A DNA stretch of 64,000 bases, from NCBI GenBank assembly GCA_016207165.1, contig JACQQD010000011.1:1-64000 (forward strand). Reading direction: 5' to 3'. The first letter of the stretch is position 1; each line of letters opens with the position of its first letter. Below are positions 56,630-64,000 of the stretch, one piece after another. The position numbers and the translations under genes are program-made. The notes under the pieces are model-generated. The model had not been told where the DNA came from. It saw only the letters and a list, made by a program, of their open reading frames with translations, and did no database searches. This DNA comes from Candidatus Micrarchaeota archaeon (GTDB taxonomy: Archaea > Micrarchaeota > Micrarchaeia > Norongarragalinales > Norongarragalinaceae).

Positions 56630-59137
56630 ATGAAGGTCTTCTTGTTTTTCGCGCTCCTTCTTGCAACCGCTTCCGCCGTTGCCGTCGAAAGCGTGCAGGG
56701 GATTGGACCGAAAAACCCCACCCTTTTTGAACCCGTTGAATTCAAGATCCGTTTTTCCGCCAACCTTGGAGATGAAGCACAAGGAACCACGCACAATTAC
56801 TGGCTGATTCTTGAAGACCAAAACCATGAGCGTGCCGTGGTTCGCCCGTACGGCGACTTTAGCTACTACGAGGATTTCACCGGATACAAAACAATCACCC
56901 TCCGCGAATCCCTGAACATCGAACCCAAATACACGGGCAAGCCCCTGAAAGCCGCGATCGCGTGGAGCGTTCAAGACGACACACAAACCCAATCGGGAAA
57001 AGCGTATTGGGGAAACGCCAACGACTTCAAAAACGACGTCATCGTCTTTCAAGCACCGGCTTCCGACCAAGAAACCGTTGGAGGCGTGTTGCTGGATTTC
57101 GTCCGAGAAAAATACGCCCGGAGGGATTTTCAAGCCATTCATGACGCGTTGTTCTTGCGACCCATGGCCAAGTTGGACTCGCACGCGTGCGACATCAACG
57201 CGTACTGGGTCATGAGCCAGGTCGCCATCAAGAAAAACCCGTTTCAAGACGACGAATTCTACGACAACACGCGGCACCCGAAAACGGTTTTTGAAAACTG
57301 GGAGAACTGCCTCGAGGAAACCAAGAATCGGTTCACCCAGACGCTCTCCAGCGCCGTGATCCTGGACAAAAAAGAAAAGGATGAGTACGTGCTGGCGTTG
57401 AACACCCAAACCGGTTTTCCAACGAGCACTACGTTGAACGTCCGCAACTCCAAAAACCAGGAAGTGCGGATTCGCTTGGCGGACGTAGGCGCCCAGCAAG
57501 TCCGGTTGGAGCTTGACGCCAGCGGCGAGTCCCTTCCTTTGAACCAAGACGGCGTGCTGAAAACGGGTTTGACTCCCGAAGAACTTGAACAGCATCCGCT
57601 GAACAACCAAAACCTCGGATTGACGTTTGAACTGAAAGCCGTCAAAGCGCCCCTGGTTCTTCTATCCGTCAAGCGGGCTTCAGGACAACTTGACCGCAAC
57701 GGCAACTGCCGTTTTTTCGCCGGCAAACCAGACGCCGCAATCCACGTGGCCGTGGCCCCCCACGAATACCGAGGCAACCAAGAAAAATTCGAAAAAGACC
57801 TGCAAAAAGCCGTGTGGCTCCTGGAGCAAACCCTTCAAGAACGGTTTGACCAAATCAAGATCAGCGTGCTGGAATCCGAAGTGCCCTGCGTGAAAAAAAA
57901 CCGGCATCTGTTTTGCGACACGTCCTTCGCGCAAGCGGCCTGCAACACGGACTACGTGTACGTCCACGCCAACGAGCAACCCTTCCAAAAAGGCGACAAG
58001 ACATTGTTGCGCGGCATACGGCAAGGCAATCAAGCCAACTGCCCGGCGAACGCCCCCGAATGCTTCCGCCACGAATTGGGCCACCTCTGGTTCGGCCTCT
58101 CCGACCGGTACTGCTGCGACGGCGGCTACTTTCCGCCCACCGTTTACGCCGACGAAGCGAAATGCCGCTCCACCGTGCAAAGATTGTACTCTAAAACATC
58201 TGCCGAACTTCAAAAAAAGTTCACCCGCCACCTGGCCAGCTTCCTGGACAAAGAAACCGCCCCCGACGGAGAGTCCGTCTTGAACCCCTACGGCTTGGAC
58301 GCGACGCTGTTTTCCTTGTCCAGCCAACAACGCGCACCGCTGCTTAAAACCCCACAATGCAAGTCGTTCCAAGACGTCCACGAAAAAAAGCGATTCATTT
58401 TCAGTCAGGACTCCGTCATGAAAAAAAATGCGTACCCCGCGTTTTCCATCGACGAATTGGCCGCCGTGGACCGCGTCTTGAAGGACCCAGAAGGCAAAAA
58501 GACGGGACCAATCCAAGCGGAAAACGCAAAAAGCCTGGAATTCGATGGCCACCGAGCCAAAAAAGTCTTGCACGCGAAACTGGAATTCCACGACAACAAG
58601 CTCGCCATAACGGACGCCATCCTGCAGTACGCCGACGCGCAACCCACCCTCATTTCGCAACCCGGAGGCATCCAAATCGCTTTTTTTGACGCCGACGGCC
58701 AAAGCGTGGTCGTACACGCCATCCCGGATCCCCGGCACGTATTCATTGACGACTTTTCAAAAGAAGAATTGACGGGCGGTTTCTTCGTGGACCCCGACGC
58801 CTCTTTTTCGCTGCGCTTGCCGTTCCCGGAGGAAGCAAAAACCCTGGAGTTTTACGACGAAAGCGGCTTGCTTTTGCGCACGGACGTTGACGGCGTGACG
58901 TCCAATTTCTGTCAAACCAGGACCGTCAAAGAGGATGACTACTGCGAACCGTTGTGCCAAAGCGACGCGGACTGCACAACCGTCAACGCCGTTCCGGCAT
59001 CGGTCGCGCCAACGCCTGCACCGCCTATCCAGCCCGCGTCAACGACGTCCGCCGACGCATTTCCAGTCTACGCCACGGCGTTTCTCGTGGTTCTGGTGCT
59101 AGCCTTCTACGCCGTGTTTTGGAGGAAAACGGCGTGA
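56630..59137 (+). CDS. secreted, C-terminally anchored zinc metallopeptidase
   Basis: Signal peptide, HELGHLWFGLSDRY, Cys pairs, Pro/Ala linker, C-terminal TM helix plus RK. Confidence 0.78.
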   Translation: MKVFLFFALLLATASAVAVESVQGIGPKNPTLFEPVEFKIRFSANLGDEAQGTTHNYWLILEDQNHERAVVRPYGDFSYYEDFTGYKTITLRESLNIEPKYTGKPLKAAIAWSVQDDTQTQSGKAYWGNANDFKNDVIVFQAPASDQETVGGVLLDFVREKYARRDFQAIHDALFLRPMAKLDSHACDINAYWVMSQVAIKKNPFQDDEFYDNTRHPKTVFENWENCLEETKNRFTQTLSSAVILDKKEKDEYVLALNTQTGFPTSTTLNVRNSKNQEVRIRLADVGAQQVRLELDASGESLPLNQDGVLKTGLTPEELEQHPLNNQNLGLTFELKAVKAPLVLLSVKRASGQLDRNGNCRFFAGKPDAAIHVAVAPHEYRGNQEKFEKDLQKAVWLLEQTLQERFDQIKISVLESEVPCVKKNRHLFCDTSFAQAACNTDYVYVHANEQPFQKGDKTLLRGIRQGNQANCPANAPECFRHELGHLWFGLSDRYCCDGGYFPPTVYADEAKCRSTVQRLYSKTSAELQKKFTRHLASFLDKETAPDGESVLNPYGLDATLFSLSSQQRAPLLKTPQCKSFQDVHEKKRFIFSQDSVMKKNAYPAFSIDELAAVDRVLKDPEGKKTGPIQAENAKSLEFDGHRAKKVLHAKLEFHDNKLAITDAILQYADAQPTLISQPGGIQIAFFDADGQSVVVHAIPDPRHVFIDDFSKEELTGGFFVDPDASFSLRLPFPEEAKTLEFYDESGLLLRTDVDGVTSNFCQTRTVKEDDYCEPLCQSDADCTTVNAVPASVAPTPAPPIQPASTTSADAFPVYATAFLVVLVLAFYAVFWRKTA

Positions 59138-59814
59138 CGCTCCAATTTCTGTACAACGAAGCCGCCGCCAAGCTTCACGACGCTCTTTTGTTGTCCGACC
59201 TGCATTTGGGCATCGAATACGACCTCCAAGAAAAAGGCTACCACGTGCCCCTCCAATTCAAGGCCGTGGCCGCCCACGTCAACGCGATAATCAAGCAATC
59301 CAGGGCCCGCCAAGTCATCTTTCTTGGAGACGTCAAGCACGACGTGTTCGGTTTGAAGGACAAGGAACACCGCATGCTCAACGCGTTTTTCCGCCGGCTT
59401 AAAACCAAGCGCATCACCGTCTGCAAGGGCAACCACGACTCGGAAATCGAGGCCGTAAAAGGCATCACAGTCGCTGCACCGGAAGGATTTCTTTTCGAAG
59501 ACACGCTCTTGTTTCACGGCCACGCGCAACCCGACCCTGAACTCGTCAAGAAGGCCGACGCGATTTGTTGCGGCCACGAGCACCCCTTGGCGCAAATCCG
59601 GGAAGGACGGCACACGTGGACGGAGAAAGCCTGGATTCTCGGCTTGCAAGGCAAAAAGCGGTTCACCGTGTTCCCGCATTTCGGGCCCTTAGTGGGGGGA
59701 CGCGTGTTTGACCCGGAAAAACACCTCGTGCGCTTTCTGTCCAATGCGTCTTGCCGCAACGCCTCGGCGCACCTGTTAAGCGGAGTCCGCCTGGGCAAAG
59801 TCAGGAACGTATAG
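59134..59814 (+). CDS. metallophosphoesterase (COG1407-like)
   Basis: SDLHLG, LGDVKH, KGNHD, FHGH, GHEHP. Confidence 0.9.
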   Translation: MTLQFLYNEAAAKLHDALLLSDLHLGIEYDLQEKGYHVPLQFKAVAAHVNAIIKQSRARQVIFLGDVKHDVFGLKDKEHRMLNAFFRRLKTKRITVCKGNHDSEIEAVKGITVAAPEGFLFEDTLLFHGHAQPDPELVKKADAICCGHEHPLAQIREGRHTWTEKAWILGLQGKKRFTVFPHFGPLVGGRVFDPEKHLVRFLSNASCRNASAHLLSGVRLGKVRNV

Positions 59815-59818
59815 TCCC

Positions 59819-60586
59819 TTAATACAAACCGAATTCCCGATCGTGCCGCTGAATCGCTTTCAAGCGGGTGGGCCAATCCGCATCCCAAGCCTGGACGGAA
59901 GCGTATTCGGATGTCGGACGCAAGACGAGCAACGGTACCGCCCGGCCCAAGATATTCCCTGCATGAACCTGCAACTGGCGACCGTATTCTTCCTGGCCTT
60001 CAAGACAATAAACCGCATTCACGCCCATGGCTTGGTGCCCTCCGAAAAATAATTCGTTGTACGTTGACTTGACGCGTTGGCGTAACATGTTCGCCGGCGA
60101 CTTGACTTTCCCAGAGTGCCGTTGGAGATACGCGTCCGTGCGCGCCGCATTGTGCTCGGTGCCCGAATCGGTGGGCCAGGCCACATGCAGGATGTCGGCG
60201 TTCTCCGGCACCCCCGAAAAATCCAAGACCAAGCCCGCCAAGCGAGCGGAAAGCACGTGATCCAAGGGCTCGGAAACGCCCAAGACGCCGGAAGCATGCC
60301 TCGCATCTAGCCGCGCGACCAGCGAAGAGGAAAACGTCCGGCGGGGGTCGCGCAGCAACGCGATTTCCTCCCGCACGAAGTCCTCGGGATAAAACGAGGC
60401 GCGTTGATCCTTGAGTGCAACGCCTCTGGATTTCCAGTACCGGTGTCCAGAGTCTGGCAACCCCAACCCCCGAAGCACATACACAAAATTCTCCGGGGTT
60501 TGGGGATTCTGCGCCAACACCCGCTTGTAATTGGAAAAACGCGCCTCGGCAAAGCGCTTTCGTAAGCCCAAGCGAGCCGCCATCCA
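59819..60586 (-). CDS. hypothetical protein
   Basis: Open frame filling the gap; start uncertain. Confidence 0.5.
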   Translation of the reverse strand, partial: WMAARLGLRKRFAEARFSNYKRVLAQNPQTPENFVYVLRGLGLPDSGHRYWKSRGVALKDQRASFYPEDFVREEIALLRDPRRTFSSSLVARLDARHASGVLGVSEPLDHVLSARLAGLVLDFSGVPENADILHVAWPTDSGTEHNAARTDAYLQRHSGKVKSPANMLRQRVKSTYNELFFGGHQAMGVNAVYCLEGQEEYGRQLQVHAGNILGRAVPLLVLRPTSEYASVQAWDADWPTRLKAIQRHDREFGLY

Positions 60587-60764
60587 TCGAAGGGGATTAA
60601 ACAAGACATGCACCTTGCACGGAAAAAGAGCCAAGCATCCAGATAAACCAGCCGCCAAGCCCCGTGAGAAAGGCTTTTTTAAGTGTTTCCGACAACCATT
60701 CTACCCGTTAGTCAAACCATTCAACCAGTCAATGGAAAGTCTGCAACGTCATAGGTGATTTCAG

Positions 60765-61259
60765 ATGGGTAGGGGCCGAGAACGCTTGATCAACTGCGCG
60801 CAGTGCGGCCGGCAAGTGCGCCGCGACAAGGCGGTGACCATCGAAAAACCCGTGTTCACCAACCCCCTGGACCGCGACGAAGTCTACGACGAGCAATACA
60901 CCCGCATGCTGACGCGCGAATTCTCGTACTGTCCTTCGTGCGGCAAGCACTTCCGCATCTACCAGAAGAAGACGCAGCAAAACGAACGCGCCCGCGAGCG
61001 CGAACGCAGCCGCCAATTCTTCCAACGCCGCCCCATGCGGCCCCGCGAACCCCAGGGCCAGAAACCCACGGCCCCGGCGGTCGCCGTCACCCAGGAGACC
61101 AACGCCGAAGAAGCGGAAGCAACCGTCGCACAAGACCGCATTCAGACGCAGGCCGAGGAAAAAGAGTTGGAAGTCGGCGAACAAGTCGACCAAGAGCAAG
61201 AAGAAGCGCTCAAGGAAGAATCCGAGGGAACGGATTCCGACGAAGAGAAAAACGCGTGA
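60765..61259 (+). CDS. rps26e: ribosomal protein eS26 with acidic C-terminal extension
   Basis: GRGRE..INCAQCGRQVRRDKAV...YCPSCGKH; GGTGA SD. Confidence 0.85.
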   Translation: MGRGRERLINCAQCGRQVRRDKAVTIEKPVFTNPLDRDEVYDEQYTRMLTREFSYCPSCGKHFRIYQKKTQQNERARERERSRQFFQRRPMRPREPQGQKPTAPAVAVTQETNAEEAEATVAQDRIQTQAEEKELEVGEQVDQEQEEALKEESEGTDSDEEKNA

Positions 61260-61285
61260 AGCGCTAGGGGCACACGCTCTTAGCC

Positions 61286-61358
61286 GGGCCCGTAGTCGAA
61301 TGGCCAAGACGCCACTCTCACACAGTGGAGACTGCCGGTTCGATTCCGGCCGGGCCCA
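61286..61358 (+). tRNA. tRNA-Val(CAC)
   Basis: GGGCCCG/CGGGCCC acceptor stem, CCACT-CTCACAC-AGTGG anticodon arm, GCCGG-TTCGATT-CCGGC T-arm. Confidence 0.95.
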
Positions 61359-61403
61359 CTCCCTCCTTCTTTTAATAGGAGAACTTCGAAGACGACATAC
61401 GGT

Positions 61404-62291
61404 ATGCCTGAAGAAAGGATTCACGCCATCGGGGTTCATTCCGTTGCCAACACGTACGAGGCCCGGCCCCACCCCTCCGCCGTTACCCAGCAGGACATCG
61501 ACCTCAAACTACCGGGGGTATCGGTAAGGCCAACGACCAACCTAGCGCTTTTGGAAAGTCACTTGAAGGAACTCAGGGACCAAAACGTCACGCGCATCGG
61601 GTTTGAACGCCTGGCAACAGGCCATCCCAGCCCCGATAGCGATGAAGCCGAATACTGGAGGGAAGCGGAAGCCCTGGCCAAAAAACACGGCATGACCGTC
61701 TACGGACTGCACAAAAAATCGCCAATCGCCGAGTTGGATGCCTTCAGCCGCTTGATTACAACCGCCATGAAACTCGGCCGCTACCAGTGGAACGAAATCA
61801 GCGTGTTGTACCAAGAACAAGCCCGACAAGACCGCGGAAAACCCCAGAGATTTCACGACAAAATCCAAACCATGCTTAAAGCCGTCCTGACCCACGCAAG
61901 CGAAACTGGAACGCATTGGTTCAGCCGGGAAGGCCTTGAACGCCTCCGGCACGCCATTGAATTTGAGAAATCCGTTTGGATGCGCCTAGACGCCGTGACC
62001 CAAAAGTTAAGCCACGTCGTGATGAACACGCACCACGTGGAAAACCTGGAGGCCTTGAATTTTGCGGAGCCCACCTACGTGGGAGCCGTCAACGCGGAGG
62101 AAATCGATGAGGCCGAACGTCAACGAAGAGCGCAACGATTGAGGAAAACAGAGCTGAAAAAAGCGAAGAAAGGCGAAACCCCCAATTACCTTGAAGAAGC
62201 CGAAAAACGAAGAGACGACCACTACAACCTCCAACAACTCACAGCCAAATTAAGCGCGATTACGCTCGGGCAAACGCACAAGCGCCCATAA
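61404..62291 (+). CDS. hypothetical protein
   Basis: 295-aa ORF immediately after the tRNA. Confidence 0.6.
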   Translation: MPEERIHAIGVHSVANTYEARPHPSAVTQQDIDLKLPGVSVRPTTNLALLESHLKELRDQNVTRIGFERLATGHPSPDSDEAEYWREAEALAKKHGMTVYGLHKKSPIAELDAFSRLITTAMKLGRYQWNEISVLYQEQARQDRGKPQRFHDKIQTMLKAVLTHASETGTHWFSREGLERLRHAIEFEKSVWMRLDAVTQKLSHVVMNTHHVENLEALNFAEPTYVGAVNAEEIDEAERQRRAQRLRKTELKKAKKGETPNYLEEAEKRRDDHYNLQQLTAKLSAITLGQTHKRP

Positions 62292-62361
62292 GCGAAATCG
62301 TCCCACCGCCTTCCAAAGCAAAGAATTAAAGAATTGGATTCCCGCTACAGTCCTACGTCGT

Positions 62362-63348
62362 ATGGTCCTCTTCGAACTGGCCCTGCTTGTCGCCGGAATG
62401 GCGCTCCTGTTTAAAGGCGCGGAATGGGTCACGGATTCCGCGTCGCACGTCGCCGAACAATTCCACACCACCAGCGTGGCCGTCGGCCTCATCATCGTCT
62501 CCGTCGTGTTGAGCCTGCCGGAACTCTTGGTCGCCGCCACATCCATCTTCAAAGCCCACCCCCAAATCGGGTTGGGCACGATTTTGGGCTCCGTCATCGT
62601 CAACATCGGCCTCATCGCGGGCCTCTGCAGCATGATCCGCCCGCTGAAGCTTTCCCGCGTCATCCTGCTTCGAGACACCATCTTCATGATCGTGGCCACC
62701 ATCATCGTGGCCGTGTTGGCGTTGGAGGACAACAAACTCAGCCACGTCGAAGGCATTGTTTTCTTGTTGCTGTTCGTGCCGTACCTCATCAACGTCTACC
62801 AGCAAGAACACGAAATGGGCAAGAAGAAGGCGAGAGCCGAAGGAAAACGCATCGTGCACACGCTTCAAATGGTGGGATACATCCCGTGGCTGCCGTTCCG
62901 CGTCCGCGACGGCATGGGCGTGTTCGTCTTAGGCACCTTCGTTTTGTTGGTCGGCGCGCAACTGTTCACCGACGCCCTTATTGGCTTGTCCACCCAATTC
63001 CAGATTCCCGACTTGGTCATCGGCATCACCCTGGGAGCCCTGGGGCCATCGCTTCCGAACCTCGCCGCGGCCCTGCAAGCCACCCGCCGCGGCATGGAGG
63101 AACTCGCGATTTCCGAAACCATTGGCTCCAACATCTTCACGCTCCTGGTCAGCGTGGGACTCTTCGCACTAACCAGCCCCATCACGTTGGAGGCCTCCAG
63201 CCGCGTCATCACCGTGCCCGCGCTTTTACTGATCACCTTTCTGTTCATGGGGTTCACCATCAAAGGCAGAATCACGCGCGTGGAAGGAGGCATCCTGCTG
63301 TTCATGTACTTGGCCTCCGTGGCCGCCGAAATCTTGTACCGGGCGTGA
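62362..63348 (+). CDS. Ca2+/Na+ antiporter (YrbG/CaCA family)
   Basis: Two alpha-repeats: SLPE...GS.IVN and SLPN...GSNIFT. Confidence 0.9.
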   Translation: MVLFELALLVAGMALLFKGAEWVTDSASHVAEQFHTTSVAVGLIIVSVVLSLPELLVAATSIFKAHPQIGLGTILGSVIVNIGLIAGLCSMIRPLKLSRVILLRDTIFMIVATIIVAVLALEDNKLSHVEGIVFLLLFVPYLINVYQQEHEMGKKKARAEGKRIVHTLQMVGYIPWLPFRVRDGMGVFVLGTFVLLVGAQLFTDALIGLSTQFQIPDLVIGITLGALGPSLPNLAAALQATRRGMEELAISETIGSNIFTLLVSVGLFALTSPITLEASSRVITVPALLLITFLFMGFTIKGRITRVEGGILLFMYLASVAAEILYRA

Positions 63349-63411
63349 ATCGACTAGCCCCCCTGCGCATCACACCGCCGTTAATATAGGGCCCCTGCGT
63401 TGAGTACATTC

Positions 63412-64000
63412 ATGAAATGGGTTACCGCCACGTTCGTGTTGCTCGCGCTCTTCGGATTGGGTGCGAATGCCCTGTTTCAAAACGTGCCCTGCAGCAAGAC
63501 GTTCGACTCCGGAGACGTGACTCTGGAAATCGGCCAATGCGTCAAAACGCAAAGCGGGTGGACGGTCCGCCTGGAATCCGCGTTTTATGACCCCAGTTCG
63601 GCCGCCTTCAAACTGTTCAACCAAGACGGCGCGGAAGTCACCGATAAAAATTTAGCCATCCAAAGCGAAACCAAAGCGTTGGTCCAGGAAGCCGCCATCG
63701 AGCTTTTCGGCGTCACGAAACCCCAAGGCACCCTCCGGGTTTCCGCCCACATCCAAAGCTGGAATTACCTTCCCGGCGGAGAAAGCCTCCAGGATTACCC
63801 GCAACCCCAGAAATCCATTCCCACCGCCAACCTCAAAAACGAGTTCACCCTGCCGGACGGAAGCCAAGTCATCTTGGACGCGTACAAGAACAACCGAATG
63901 TACTTCTTGATTAAGAAAGCCAATTCCCTCCAATCCACGGATTTAGGAATTGGACAACGCTTCACGGACGGTTTGCTTGAACTCCAGTTCTTCGGCCCCC
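63412..64000 (+). CDS. secreted hypothetical protein (truncated by the window edge)
   Basis: MKWVTATFVLLALFGLGANA signal peptide; frame open to the end of the window. Confidence 0.65.
   Translation, partial: MKWVTATFVLLALFGLGANALFQNVPCSKTFDSGDVTLEIGQCVKTQSGWTVRLESAFYDPSSAAFKLFNQDGAEVTDKNLAIQSETKALVQEAAIELFGVTKPQGTLRVSAHIQSWNYLPGGESLQDYPQPQKSIPTANLKNEFTLPDGSQVILDAYKNNRMYFLIKKANSLQSTDLGIGQRFTDGLLELQFFGP

Overview
Gene-dense archaeal chromosomal segment. Archaeal-type TyrRS and TrpRS, eS26, a BHB-intron tRNA, TATA promoters and compact spacing suggest a DPANN lineage such as Micrarchaeota (inference). Main blocks: housekeeping and metabolic genes (0-10 kb); a pilin/VirB6-like/VirB4-like secretion-type operon followed by nucleases (10.5-18.4 kb); several toxin-antitoxin (TA) pairs, including a cassette-like run at 29.3-32.8 kb punctuated by a repeated TGGCCGGTGA motif; tRNA-Ser(CGA) with a 118-nt intron; an ~18-kb aromatic amino acid supercluster (trpY-like regulator, trpEGDCBA, aroF/B/D/E/K/A/C, pheA, aminotransferase, tyrA, trpS); then ornithine decarboxylase, a secreted metallopeptidase, eS26, tRNA-Val and a cation antiporter. 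The most notable signal is apparent ribosome-based amino acid sensing in an archaeon. A 21-codon leader ORF (MTEVKANQQNWSFGFSFGYFG) with mutually exclusive RNA helices precedes the aro operon, and trpE has no in-frame start but can be entered by a +1 shift at CTT-TGG(Trp). All calls are by eye; no searches or folding programs were run.
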